Source: Candidatus Fervidifonticultor secundus (lineage in GTDB: Bacteria > Sysuimicrobiota > Sysuimicrobiia > Sysuimicrobiales > Humicultoraceae). Taken from it: a stretch of DNA of 64,000 nucleotides. This document shows, piece by piece, positions 38,713 through 49,346 of the stretch; within the stretch, counting starts at the first letter, position 1, and each line of letters starts with the position of its first letter. The stretch is from positions 1 through 64,000 of the forward strand of contig JAVKIP010000001.1 in the NCBI GenBank assembly GCA_031459385.1, written 5' to 3'. Position numbers and translations under genes: made by a program. The notes below the pieces were generated by a model. That model was not told where the DNA came from, did no database searches, and was given only the letters and a program-made list of their open reading frames with translations.

Positions 38713-39510
38713 ATGGACCTGGGACTGCAGGACAAAGTCGTCTTCATCACCGGCGGGTCCAAGGGCATCGGGAAGGCCTGCGCCCTGGAGTTCGCGCGGG
38801 AGGGCGCCCGCGTGGCGCTGTGCGCGCGGGGCGAGGCCGGATTGCAGCGCGCCGCCGCGGAGATCATGGCCGCGACAGGCCGGGAGGTCTTCACGGTCGC
38901 CGGGGACATGATGAAGTGGGACGATGCCAGGCGCTGCGTCGATGATGCGGCCGCGCACTACGGCGGCCTGGACATCCTGGTGAACTGCGCCGGTGCCTCG
39001 CCGGGTGGCCTGATCCTGAACTTGACAGAGGACGACTGGGCCCTTTCAATGCAATTGAAGTTCATGGGGTACGTACGCTGCGCCAGGGCAGCCATCCCGC
39101 ACCTGTTGCGGCGGGGCGGCGGGCGCATCGTGAACGTCGTCGGCAACGACGGGATCAAGCCCGCCTACTGGGAACTGACGGCCAGCGCCGCCAACGCGGC
39201 AGACCTGGCGATGACCTCGGCCCTGGCCGAGCAGTACGGGCCCGCCGGCATCCTGGTGAACGCCGTGAACCCGGGGCCGGTGGCTACGGAGCGGTGGGAC
39301 GGGCTGGTGCGGGCCTATGCCCGGGACAAGGGGCTGTCGGTCGAGGAGGCCAGCAGGAAGGCGCTGGCCAGCCTGCCCCTGGGCCGCATCTGTACGCCGC
39401 AGGAGGTGGCCTGGGTCGTGGTCTTCGTGGCGTCGGCGCGGGCGAGCTACATGAACGGGGCCTGGATCACCCTGGATGGAGGCCAGCGCAAGGCCATCAT
39501 GGACATCTGA
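38713..39510 (+). CDS. SDR family oxidoreductase with atypical active site
   Basis: TGGSKGIG, ILVNCAG, VNAVNPG; YxxxK replaced by ASAAN. Confidence 0.88.
   Translation: MDLGLQDKVVFITGGSKGIGKACALEFAREGARVALCARGEAGLQRAAAEIMAATGREVFTVAGDMMKWDDARRCVDDAAAHYGGLDILVNCAGASPGGLILNLTEDDWALSMQLKFMGYVRCARAAIPHLLRRGGGRIVNVVGNDGIKPAYWELTASAANAADLAMTSALAEQYGPAGILVNAVNPGPVATERWDGLVRAYARDKGLSVEEASRKALASLPLGRICTPQEVAWVVVFVASARASYMNGAWITLDGGQRKAIMDI
39022..39059 (+). promoter_or_regulatory. Intragenic sigma-70-type promoter with overlapping palindromic operator
   Basis: TTGACA(39022-39027)-N17-TTCAAT(39045-39050); inverted repeat TTCAAT-gca-ATTGAA 39045-39059, built from codons rare in this genome. Confidence 0.6.
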
Positions 39511-39562
39511 ACCGGCTGCACCGCGCCTGCGGCGCGGGAGCCGTGCGGGAGGAGGCAGGACG

Positions 39563-40780
39563 ATGCGGATCGCGGGAGGATGGCTGGCAGGACTCGTTGC
39601 CCTGGTGCTCCTGGCCCCCGGGCTGGGCGCCGCGCCGGCGGCCAGCATCAAGCTGGGCGGGACGCTGGCGGTGACCGGCCCCTTCGCCGGGGAGTGGGGG
39701 CCGGTCTACCAGCAGTTCATGCGCGAGTGGGTGCGCGCGGTCAACGAAGAGGGCGGGTTCATGGTCCGCGAGGCGGGCCGCCGCCTGCCGGTCGAGATGG
39801 TGCTCTACGACGACGAGAGCTCGGCCGACAAAGCGGTGGAACTGTACGAACGGCTGGCGGCGGTGGACAACGTGCTGATGTTCTTCGGCCCGGCCACCAG
39901 CCCCATCACGCTGCGCGCGTCCACGGTGGCCGAGCGCCTGCGCATCCCCATGGTGACCATGGAAGCCAACGACCGCGCCATCTTCGCCCGCGGCTTCCGG
40001 TACCTGTTCGGGACGCTGGCGCCGGGAGTCTGGTGGACGCGGTACTACTTCGACCTGGTGCGCCAGGCCAACGCCGAGGGCGCGGGCCTGCGGAGCGTCG
40101 TGTTCCTCTACGAGGACACGGCCCACACGCGCGACGTGACCTCCGGTGCGATCGCCTACGCCCGCGAGGCCGGGCTCACCGTCGCCGACCAGCAGGTGGT
40201 GCCGTTCGGCCACTCGGACTTCGCCTCGATCGTCGCGCGCTGGCGGACGCTGAACCCCGACCTGGTGTTCCTGGGTCTGTGGACCGGGCCGTCTATCGCC
40301 TACGTGCGGCAGGCGCGCGAGCTGGGTCTCCGGCCCAGGGAGACGTACGTCCGCGCGCTGGCCCTGCCGTTCGTGCAGGGTGGCGGCCCGGCCGTGGAGG
40401 GCGTCGTCGGCGCCACCTATACGGCGCGGCGCGCCCTCGACGCCCGGTCGAAGAGGATCTTCGAGCGCATGGGCCGCGACCCGTACGACCTGCCGTGGGT
40501 CGCCAACCGGATCGTGGCGCTGGACGTGATCCAGCGGGCCATCGAGACGACCGGCCGGCTGGACCGGGAGGCCCTGGCGCAGACGCTGCGCGACCCTGCC
40601 TTCGAGGTGCCCACGGTTATCGGGAGGTTCAGGTTCAGCTGGGACCTCAAGCTGGCCGGCTCGACGCTCAACGGCCACGGCAACCAGACGGCGTACGTGG
40701 CGCAGATCCAGGGCGGGAAGGTACACGTCGTGTGGCCGCGGGACCTGGCTGACCAGCCCTACCGGCGGCCCGGCAGGTAA
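39563..40780 (+). CDS. Branched-chain amino acid-type ABC substrate-binding protein
   Basis: Signal peptide, IKLGGTLAVTGPFA, LYDDES; SD GGAGG. Confidence 0.9.
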   Translation: MRIAGGWLAGLVALVLLAPGLGAAPAASIKLGGTLAVTGPFAGEWGPVYQQFMREWVRAVNEEGGFMVREAGRRLPVEMVLYDDESSADKAVELYERLAAVDNVLMFFGPATSPITLRASTVAERLRIPMVTMEANDRAIFARGFRYLFGTLAPGVWWTRYYFDLVRQANAEGAGLRSVVFLYEDTAHTRDVTSGAIAYAREAGLTVADQQVVPFGHSDFASIVARWRTLNPDLVFLGLWTGPSIAYVRQARELGLRPRETYVRALALPFVQGGGPAVEGVVGATYTARRALDARSKRIFERMGRDPYDLPWVANRIVALDVIQRAIETTGRLDREALAQTLRDPAFEVPTVIGRFRFSWDLKLAGSTLNGHGNQTAYVAQIQGGKVHVVWPRDLADQPYRRPGR

Positions 40781-41519
40781 GTGCTGGAGCTCGTCGGCAT
40801 CAGCAAGCGCTTCGGCGGGGTGACGGCCCTCGACGACGTCAGCCTCACCGTCGGCGACGGGGAGGTGGTCGGGCTCATCGGGCCCAACGGCGCGGGGAAG
40901 ACGACGCTGTTCCATGTCGTCTCGGGGTTCCTGCGGCCCGACCGCGGTCGGCTGCGGTTCCAGGGGCGCGATCTCACGGGCCTGCCCCCGCACGTGATCT
41001 GCCGGCTCGGCCTCGCGCGCACGTTCCAGATCGTCCAGCCCTTCACGCAGATGACGGTGGAGGACAACGTGGCGGTCGGCTACCTGTTCGGTCGCCGCGG
41101 GGCCCGCGCGACCGTCCGGCAGGGGCGCCAGGCCGCCCGCCGCCTGCTGGAGCTGCTGGAGCTGGGCCAGGCGGCCGCCCAGCCCGCGGGGACCCTGAAC
41201 CTGTCGGAGCGCAAGCGGCTGGAGGTGGCGCGCGCGCTGGCCACCGGCCCGCAGCTGCTCTGTCTGGACGAGGTGATGTCCGGGCTTGCGCCGGTCGAGC
41301 TGGACCGCATGGCCGACGTGATCGTGCGGCTGCGCGCCGAGCTACACCTGGCCCTGCTGATGGTCGAGCACAACGTGCGGCTGGTGACGCGGGTCTGCCC
41401 CCGGGTCGTCGTCCTGAACTTCGGGCAGGTGATCGCCGACGGGCCGGCGGATGCCGTCATGGCCGACCCGCGCGTGGTCGCGGCTTACCTGGGCGACCGG
41501 CGCACCCGGAGCGCGGCCC

Positions 41520-41527
<8 letters not shown>
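40781..41527 (+). CDS. ABC ATP-binding protein (LivG-like)
   Basis: KRFGG, GPNGAGKTT, ARTFQ, LDE, VEHN. Confidence 0.93.
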
Positions 41528-42221
<694 letters not shown>

Positions 42222-42233
42222 CGGGAGCCCGCG

Positions 42234-43127
42234 GTGACGACGGCCCTGTTCATCGAGTTGTTCTTCGCCGGCATGGTGGTCGGGGGCCTCTACGCCCTCA
42301 TGGCGTTCTCGTTCTCCCTGATCCTGGCCACCACGCACGTGCTGAACGTGGCGCACGGCGTCTTCATGGTGCTGGGCGCGGCGGCCAGCACTCTGCTCGT
42401 GCGGCACGTCGGGGTGCCGATGGCCGCGGGGTTCGTCCTGGTGGCGGCGGGCTTCCTGGCGGTGGGCGCGCTGGTGCACGCCGCCCTGGTGCGGCCGCTG
42501 GGCGACCGGCCGCCCGGGGAGATCCTGGTCGGGTCGATCCTGGTCACCTTCGGTCTGGCCCTGGCCGCAGAAGCCCTGCTGGGCTTCTACTGGGCCCGGC
42601 TCATCGAGCCCCAGCCGATCTTCGCGCTGACGCCACGCATCGCGTCGCTGCAGGTCGGCGAGGTCGTGGTCTCGGGGCCGCGGGCGGTGGCGCTGCTGTT
42701 CACGGTGGGCGCGGTGGCCGTGCTCCACGTGCTGCTGGTGCGCACGCGGATCGGGAAAGAGGCCCGCGCGGTGGCGCAGAACGCCGTGGGCGCCCGCATC
42801 ATCGGCCTGGAGCCGCGGCGTGTGGCGACGGCGGTCCTCACCGTGGGCATCATGCTGGCGGCGCTGTCCGGGGCGGTTTTCACCCTGGCCATCCCCCTGA
42901 CGCCGTACGAGGGCCTGCGGCTCACGATGGTCGCGTTCACCGTGTCGGCCGCAGGCGGCGTGGGGAACCTGCCCGGCGCGCTGGCAGCCGGCGTGGCGCT
43001 GGGCGTGGCCGAGGTGTTCACCGGGTATTGGGCCGGCCCGGTGTGGTCGCCCATGACCAGCCTGCTGGTGCTCTTCGGCGTGTTGCTGCTCCGGCCGGTA
43101 GCCCTGCTGGGAGGTGCGGGACGGTGA
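42234..43127 (+). CDS. ABC permease (LivH-like)
   Basis: GGLYALMA, LNVAHG, GGVGNLPGA. Confidence 0.9.
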   Translation: MTTALFIELFFAGMVVGGLYALMAFSFSLILATTHVLNVAHGVFMVLGAAASTLLVRHVGVPMAAGFVLVAAGFLAVGALVHAALVRPLGDRPPGEILVGSILVTFGLALAAEALLGFYWARLIEPQPIFALTPRIASLQVGEVVVSGPRAVALLFTVGAVAVLHVLLVRTRIGKEARAVAQNAVGARIIGLEPRRVATAVLTVGIMLAALSGAVFTLAIPLTPYEGLRLTMVAFTVSAAGGVGNLPGALAAGVALGVAEVFTGYWAGPVWSPMTSLLVLFGVLLLRPVALLGGAGR

Positions 43128-44086
43128 CCGGCCGCCTGCTGGTCGGCGCGCTGGTGGCCGCCTTGGCCGCTGCGCCGGGAGTGCTGGGCCGTGACCTGCT
43201 CACAGCGTTGTTGTTCACGTTTCTGCTCATCACGCTGGCGTCCAACTACGACCTGCTGGGCGGCTTCCTCGGGCTGTACAACCTGGGCCAGGCCAGCTTC
43301 TTCGGCCTGGGCGCGTACGTGACGTTCCTGCTGCTGCTCCGCGTGCCGGCGCTGCTGGCGCTGGGGTGGAGCGGTGTCGCGGTCGCGGTGGTCGCCGGCG
43401 CGGTTGCTGCGGCGGTCTTCGCGGCGGTCCTGGCTTACCCGCTGCTGCGGCTGCGGGGCGCCTACTTCGCGGTGGGCACGTTCGCGTTGCTCCTCCTGCT
43501 GCGCCTGCTGGTGGACAACCTGCCGGGGCTGACCGGCGGGTCGCACGGGCTCTACGTGCCCGCGCAAGTCTACCTGAGCCTTGCGCCCGCCTACCTGCTG
43601 ACGCTGGGGCTGGCCGTGGGGTCGCTGGTGCTCAACCGGGCGGTGGCCGCCAGCCGTCTGGGGATGGCCATGCTGGCGATCCGCGAGAACGAGGCGGCCG
43701 CCGCCGCGGCAGGCGTGGACCGGTTTCGCACGCAGCAGGTGGCGTTCGTGCTGGGCGCGGTGCCCACCGCGGCGGCGGGCGCGGTCTTCGGGCTCCACGG
43801 CGGCTACATCGACGTGTCGGTGGTGCTGGGCGTGGAGCGCAGCCTCTTCCCCGTCATCGCGGCGATGATCGGCGGCAGCGGGCTCGCGTGGGGCCCGGTG
43901 GTCGGCTCGGTCGTGCTGCGGGCGATCGACGTGGCGCTGAAGAACTACCTACACCTGGCGGTGCCGGCGGTGGCCGTCTACGGGGTCATCCTGATGGTCA
44001 TGTCGCTGGCGATGCCCAAGGGCATCCTGGCCGTGGCAGCCACGCGGGCGCGACAGCCGGCGCGGGCTGCACCGCAACGCGCGTGA
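43124..44086 (+). CDS. ABC permease (LivM-like)
   Basis: LLGGFLGLYNLGQ, RLRGAYF, AIRENE, IGGSG..GPVVG. Confidence 0.9.
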   Translation: MTGRLLVGALVAALAAAPGVLGRDLLTALLFTFLLITLASNYDLLGGFLGLYNLGQASFFGLGAYVTFLLLLRVPALLALGWSGVAVAVVAGAVAAAVFAAVLAYPLLRLRGAYFAVGTFALLLLLRLLVDNLPGLTGGSHGLYVPAQVYLSLAPAYLLTLGLAVGSLVLNRAVAASRLGMAMLAIRENEAAAAAAGVDRFRTQQVAFVLGAVPTAAAGAVFGLHGGYIDVSVVLGVERSLFPVIAAMIGGSGLAWGPVVGSVVLRAIDVALKNYLHLAVPAVAVYGVILMVMSLAMPKGILAVAATRARQPARAAPQRA

Positions 44087-46362
44087 GCATCGGGGCCTCG
44101 GTCGCGCGCAGGGAGGACCCGCGGCTGCTGGCGGGGCGGGGGTGCTACGTCGACGACGTGCGCCTGCCCGGCATGGCCCATGGGATGGTCGTGCGCAGCC
44201 CCTACCCGCACGCGGTGGTGCGCGGCATCGACGCCCAGCGCGCCCGCGACCTGGACGGCGTCCTGCTGGTGGCCACCGCTGCAGATCTAGGCGACGTGCC
44301 GCCCATTCCCACGCGCCTGGGACCGCACCCTTCCCTGCGGCCGTTCCTCCAGCCGCCGCTGGCGCGTGACCGCGTACGCTACGTGGGCGAGCCCGTGGCG
44401 CTGGTCGTGGCCCGCGATCGGTACGTCGCCGAGGACGCTGCCGACGCCGTCGCCGTGGCCTACGAGCCGCTGCCGGCCGTGGCGGATGGAGATGCCGCGC
44501 TGGCTGCCGGCGTGCCCGTGCTCCATCCCGCGGCCGGCGGCAACCTGATCGCCCGGCTGGAGCGTACCGTGGGCGACCCCGGCGCGGCCCTGGCGTCGGC
44601 CGAGATCCGGATCCGGCGCCGCATCACCGTACAGCGCCACACGGCGGTGCCGCTGGAAGGGCGCGGGCTCGTGGCCGCCGTCGACGGCGCGAGCGGCGTC
44701 CTCACGGTGTGGGGGCCGACGAAGGTCGTGCACTTCAACCGCCGCGTGCTGGCCGACCTGTTGGGATGGCCGCTGGAGCGCCTGCGGTTCGTCGAGCTGG
44801 ATGTGGGCGGCGGGTTCGGGGTGCGCGGCGAGTTCTACCCGGAGGACTTCCTGATTCCCTGGGCGGCGGTGCGGCTTCGCCGGCCCGTCAAGTGGATCGA
44901 GGACCGCCGCGAGCACCTGCTAGCGGCCAATCACTCGCGGCAGCAGGCGCACGAGATCGAGGTGGGCGCCGCCCGCGACGGGCGGATCGTCGCTCTGGTC
45001 GACCGCATCGTGGTGGACATGGGCGCCTACGTCCGCACCCACGGCGTCGTGGTGCCGGAGCTGACCCAGGCGCTGCTGCCCGGGCCCTACCGGATCGCGC
45101 ACTACCGGTGCGAGGTCGCCTGCGTCGCGACCAACAAGACCCCGACCGGGACGTACCGGGCGCCGGGCCGCTTCGAGGGCAACGTCGTGCGCGAGCACCT
45201 GGTGGACCTGGTGGCCCGTGCCGCCGGGCTCGATCCGGCCGAGGTGCGCCGGCGCAACTTCGTCCCGCCCGAGGCGATGCCGTACCCCGTGGGAACGGCG
45301 GCGCTCGGGGAGCCCACCGTGTACGACGTCGGCCGGTACGCGTCGGCGCTGGACCACGCGCTGCGCCTGGTGGACTACGCGGGCTGGCGCGCGCGCCAGG
45401 CCCGGGCGCGCGCAGCGGGACGCTGCGTGGGTGTCGGGCTCGGCTGCTTCGTGGAGAAAGCCGGGCCCGGGCCGTGGGAGACCGCGCGCGTCGAGGTGGC
45501 GCCATCCGGGGAGGTCGTGGTCTATTCCGGGGCGGCGTCGCTGGGCCAGGGCCTCGAGACCGTCCTGGCGCAGATCGCCGCCGAGACCCTGGGTGTGGGG
45601 CTGGACCGGGTCTGCGTGGTGCACGGCGACACCGCAGCGATCGCCGAGGGCATCGGCGCCTGGGGCAGCCGGGCCACGGTGGTGGGCGGCGCGGCGGTGC
45701 TGCGGGCCGCGCAGGACGTCCGCGCGCAGCTGCTCGAGCGCGCCGCGCAGCGCCTGGAGGCGTCGCCGGCGGACCTGGTGGTGGCGCGCGGCGCCATCTC
45801 GGTGCGGGGCACGCCGACGCGGCGCGTCACGTTCGCCGACCTGGCGCCGGTGGTCGCCGCACACCGGTTCGAGGCGCCGAAGATGACGTACCCCTATGGC
45901 ACGCACGCGGCGATAGTCGAGGTCGATCCCGACACCGGCCGCGTGGAGATCCTGGACTACGCCGTCGCCTACGACGTGGGGAAGGCGATCAACCCCATGC
46001 TGGTCCGGGGGCAGATCGTCGGCGGCCTGGCCCAGGGCATCGGCGGCGCCCTGCTGGAGGACCTCGCGTACGCGGAGGATGGCCAGCCGCTGGCGACGAC
46101 GTTCATGGACTACCTGCTGCCCACGGTCATGGAGGTGCCGCGGCGCGTGCGCGTCGCGGTGCTGGAGGAGACGCCCACGCCCCTCAACCCGCTGGGGGCC
46201 AAAGGCGCGGGCGAGGGCGGTACCGCCGCGGCCGGCGCGGCGATCGTGAACGCTGTGGCCGATGCGCTGGCGCCCCTGGAGGTGGAGATCGACGCGCTGC
46301 CGCTGTCGCCTGCGCGGCTGCGCGCGCTGGTGGCGCGGGCTCGCGGCAGGCGGCACCCGTGA
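44083..46362 (+). CDS. Xanthine dehydrogenase family molybdopterin-binding large subunit 1
   Basis: RREDPRLL, VGGGFG, TNKTPTGTYRAPGR, GQG, GSR, KGAGE; GTGA overlap start. Confidence 0.93.
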   Translation: MSIGASVARREDPRLLAGRGCYVDDVRLPGMAHGMVVRSPYPHAVVRGIDAQRARDLDGVLLVATAADLGDVPPIPTRLGPHPSLRPFLQPPLARDRVRYVGEPVALVVARDRYVAEDAADAVAVAYEPLPAVADGDAALAAGVPVLHPAAGGNLIARLERTVGDPGAALASAEIRIRRRITVQRHTAVPLEGRGLVAAVDGASGVLTVWGPTKVVHFNRRVLADLLGWPLERLRFVELDVGGGFGVRGEFYPEDFLIPWAAVRLRRPVKWIEDRREHLLAANHSRQQAHEIEVGAARDGRIVALVDRIVVDMGAYVRTHGVVVPELTQALLPGPYRIAHYRCEVACVATNKTPTGTYRAPGRFEGNVVREHLVDLVARAAGLDPAEVRRRNFVPPEAMPYPVGTAALGEPTVYDVGRYASALDHALRLVDYAGWRARQARARAAGRCVGVGLGCFVEKAGPGPWETARVEVAPSGEVVVYSGAASLGQGLETVLAQIAAETLGVGLDRVCVVHGDTAAIAEGIGAWGSRATVVGGAAVLRAAQDVRAQLLERAAQRLEASPADLVVARGAISVRGTPTRRVTFADLAPVVAAHRFEAPKMTYPYGTHAAIVEVDPDTGRVEILDYAVAYDVGKAINPMLVRGQIVGGLAQGIGGALLEDLAYAEDGQPLATTFMDYLLPTVMEVPRRVRVAVLEETPTPLNPLGAKGAGEGGTAAAGAAIVNAVADALAPLEVEIDALPLSPARLRALVARARGRRHP

Positions 46363-48713
46363 GCCGGGCCTCGGGCCGCTGGGTCGGCCGCCGCCTGGCG
46401 CGGCGCGAGGATCCCCGCCTACTGGCAGGCCTGGGCTGCTACCTGCCCGACCTCGTCCTGCCGGGGATGGTGCACCTGGCGTTCGTCCGGGCTCCCCACG
46501 CGCATGCCGCCCTCGTGCGCGTAGACGTGACACGGGCGCGGGCGGCGCCGGGCGTCGTCGGCGTCTTCACCGCCGCGGACCTGGACCTCGCGCCCATCGC
46601 CCCGGAGTTCGCTGGCGAGGGCTACCACACGGCGGGCTGGCCGCCGCTGGCGACGACGCGTGTGCGGTTCGCCGGCGAGCCAGTGGCGGTCGTCGCGGCC
46701 GCCGACCGGTATCTGGCCGAGGACGCCGCGGAGCTCGTGCAGGTGGACTACGAGGTCCTCCCTGCCGTGGCGTCCGTGGAGGCGGCGATGACGCCCGGCG
46801 CGCCGCCGGTGCACGATGGGGTGCCCGGGAACTGTTACTTCCGACGGGAGCACCGGCAGGGCGACGTCGAGGGGCTCTTCGCGCAGGCGCCGGTGGTCGT
46901 GCGCGGCGAGTTCCGCCACCAGCGCGTGACCGGCGCGCCCATGGAAGGGCGTGGCATCGCCGCGCAGTGGGACGCGCGCGGCCGCCTGGTGGTCTGGGCG
47001 TCGACGCAGGTCCCGCACCTGCTGCGTACCGCCCTGGCGCGCAGCCTGCGGCTGCCCGAGGCCGCCGTGCGTGTGCTGGTCCCCGACGTGGGCGGCGGGT
47101 TCGGCCCCAAGATGCACGCGTATCCCGAGGACGTCGTGACGTGCGCGGTGGCCCGGCGGCTGGGCCGGCCTGCCCGGTGGGTCGAAGACCGGCGCGAGAA
47201 CCTGCTGGCGACCACCCAGGCGCGCGAGCAGGTGATCGCGGCAGAGGCGGCCGCGGACAGCGACGGGCGCCTGCTGGCCCTGCGCGCCCGGATCATCTGC
47301 GACAGCGGGGCCTACTCGGTCTTCCCGCTGACCGCCGTGCTGGAGCCCATGGGCTCGGCGCAGATCATGCCCGGCCCCTACCACCTCCAGGCCTATGCCT
47401 ATACCACGATGGCCATCGCGACCACCAAGGCGCCGGTCGGCGCCTACCGCGGTGTGGGGATGGCGGTGGGTGTCTTCGTCATGGAGCGGTTGATGGACAA
47501 GCTCGCCGCTGCCGTCGGCCTGGATCCTGCCGAGGTCCGGCGGCGCAACTTCGTGCCGCCGGAGCGCTTCCCATACACTGCGCCGACGGGGCTCGTCTAC
47601 GACAGCGGCCGGTTCGCCGAGACGCTGCGGGTCGCGCTGGCGGCCTTCGGCTACGACGAGGCGCGGCGCGAGCAGGCACGGCTGCGGGCCGCGGGCCGCA
47701 GCGTCGGCGTCGGCCTGGCCGCGTTCGTCGAGTACACGGGCATGGGACCGCAGACCTTCGCGCGGCGGGGCATGCGCGACGTGCCGGGGCACGACGGCGC
47801 TGCCGTGGCAGTCGATGCGACGGGCGGCGTACGCGTGGCGGTGTCGTGCCCCTCCCAGGGCCAGGGGCACGAGACGGTGTACGCGCAGCTGGTCGCCGAC
47901 GCGCTGGGTGTGGATCCGGCCGTGGTCGTGGTCACCTCGCCGGACACCGACGCGGTGCCCGCGGGCAGCGGCACCTTCGCGAGCCGCGCGGTCGTCTCGG
48001 GTGGCGGTGCCCTGCTGCGGGCCGCCGCGCGGGTGCGGGAGAAGGCGGTGCAGGTGGCGGCGCACCTGCTGGAGGCCGCGCCCGGCGACGTGGTGGCTTC
48101 CGACGGCCGCTTTCACGTCCGCGGGACGCCGGAGCGCTCGGTGGCATGGGCCGAGGTGGCCCGGGCCGCGGCGGCACCGGCGCATCACGGGCTGCCGGCC
48201 GGCCTGGATGCCGGTCTGGCCGCGGAGGCGACCTACGATCCCCCGCCGGCCGCGTTCGGCAACGGCGTGCACGTGGCGCTGGTCGACGTCGACCGCGCCA
48301 CCGGGCAGGCGCGGGTGCTCCGGTACGCGATCGCCGCCGACTGCGGGCCGCTGGTGAACCCCGTGCTCGTCGACGGTCAGACGCGCGGCGGCCTGGCCCA
48401 GGGGCTGGGCGAGGCGCTGCTGGAGGAGATCCGCTACGACGCCAGCGGGCAGCCCCTGGTGACCACGTTGATGGACTACCTGCTCCCGACCGCGGCGGAG
48501 ATGCCCGCGGTGGTCATCACGCATCTGGAGACGCCCTCGCCCATCACCGTCGGAGGGTTCAAGGGCATGGGCGAGTCGGCGACGATCGGCTCGCCGGCGT
48601 GCCTGGCCAACGCCGTGAGCGACGCGCTGGGCACGGAGGTGGACGCCCTGCCCCTGACGCCGGACCGACTGCGCGCCGCCGGGGGCGCACCGGCAGGATT
48701 TCAGCACCGTTGA
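46359..48713 (+). CDS. Xanthine dehydrogenase family molybdopterin-binding large subunit 2
   Basis: RREDPRLL, STQ, VGGGFGPK, GAYRGVG, SQGQGH, FASR, KGMGE. Confidence 0.93.
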   Translation: MSRASGRWVGRRLARREDPRLLAGLGCYLPDLVLPGMVHLAFVRAPHAHAALVRVDVTRARAAPGVVGVFTAADLDLAPIAPEFAGEGYHTAGWPPLATTRVRFAGEPVAVVAAADRYLAEDAAELVQVDYEVLPAVASVEAAMTPGAPPVHDGVPGNCYFRREHRQGDVEGLFAQAPVVVRGEFRHQRVTGAPMEGRGIAAQWDARGRLVVWASTQVPHLLRTALARSLRLPEAAVRVLVPDVGGGFGPKMHAYPEDVVTCAVARRLGRPARWVEDRRENLLATTQAREQVIAAEAAADSDGRLLALRARIICDSGAYSVFPLTAVLEPMGSAQIMPGPYHLQAYAYTTMAIATTKAPVGAYRGVGMAVGVFVMERLMDKLAAAVGLDPAEVRRRNFVPPERFPYTAPTGLVYDSGRFAETLRVALAAFGYDEARREQARLRAAGRSVGVGLAAFVEYTGMGPQTFARRGMRDVPGHDGAAVAVDATGGVRVAVSCPSQGQGHETVYAQLVADALGVDPAVVVVTSPDTDAVPAGSGTFASRAVVSGGGALLRAAARVREKAVQVAAHLLEAAPGDVVASDGRFHVRGTPERSVAWAEVARAAAAPAHHGLPAGLDAGLAAEATYDPPPAAFGNGVHVALVDVDRATGQARVLRYAIAADCGPLVNPVLVDGQTRGGLAQGLGEALLEEIRYDASGQPLVTTLMDYLLPTAAEMPAVVITHLETPSPITVGGFKGMGESATIGSPACLANAVSDALGTEVDALPLTPDRLRAAGGAPAGFQHR

Positions 48714-48715
48714 AA
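48693..48715 (+). promoter_or_regulatory. Palindromic operator candidate upstream of the XRE-cupin regulator
   Basis: TTTCA-gcaccgt-TGAAA 48699-48715, directly after GCAGGA; AT-rich island in a GC-rich background. Confidence 0.6.
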
Positions 48716-48741
48716 CAAAGACCCGTGGGGGCGATGCGCCG

Positions 48742-49332
48742 ATGGCGGTGACGGTCCGCACGCTGGACGATACCCTGCGGCAGGTCGGGCGCCGCATCCG
48801 GGAGGCGCGGGCACGGCGCGGGCTGACGCTGGTAGAAGTGGGACGCCGCACGGGCCTGACGCCATCGATGCTCTCCATGGTCGAGCGCGGCGTGGCCGCG
48901 CCGTCGATCGGCGCCCTGGTGGCGATCAGCGCGGCCCTCAAGGTGCCCATGGCGGCGCTGTTCGGCCCGGTGTCGGCGGCCCGCGGCCTGCCGGTGGTCC
49001 GGCGGGCCGCGCAGCCGGTGGTGACGACAGGCCGCGGCGCGCAGCGGCGCCTGCTGGTGCGCGACGCCCACGACCTGGTCGAGATGGCCGAGAACACCTA
49101 CCTGCCCGGGGCGGCCAGCGCCCCCTCGCCCATCCACCACCGCGGGTGGGAGATGGGGGTGGTGCTCGCCGGCCGCCTGCGGGTCGAGCTGGACGGCGCG
49201 ACCTACCTGCTACGGCCGGGCGATGCCATCGCGTTCGACTCGTCCCGTCCCCATCGGTTCGTCAACGTCGGGAAGGAGGTGGTGCGGACTCTGTGGGTCA
49301 ACGTGCACGGCAACCGCTGGTCCGACGCGTGA
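48742..49332 (+). CDS. XRE-family HTH regulator with cupin sensor domain
   Basis: VGRRIREARARRGLTL...SMVERG..PS HTH; HHRGWE..GDAIAFDS..PH cupin. Confidence 0.92.
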   Translation: MAVTVRTLDDTLRQVGRRIREARARRGLTLVEVGRRTGLTPSMLSMVERGVAAPSIGALVAISAALKVPMAALFGPVSAARGLPVVRRAAQPVVTTGRGAQRRLLVRDAHDLVEMAENTYLPGAASAPSPIHHRGWEMGVVLAGRLRVELDGATYLLRPGDAIAFDSSRPHRFVNVGKEVVRTLWVNVHGNRWSDA

Positions 49333-49346
49333 GGAGGTGCGCGCTG

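Noticed and set aside
43366..48713. Apparent 998-aa and 1334-aa Mo-enzyme fusions in the ORF track
   Set aside because: The N-terminal extensions are off-frame read-through of upstream genes; real starts are the GTGA overlaps at 44083 and 46359.
44083..48713. Aerobic CO dehydrogenase (coxL)
   Set aside because: The form I AYxCSFR motif is absent and there are no coxMS or accessory genes.
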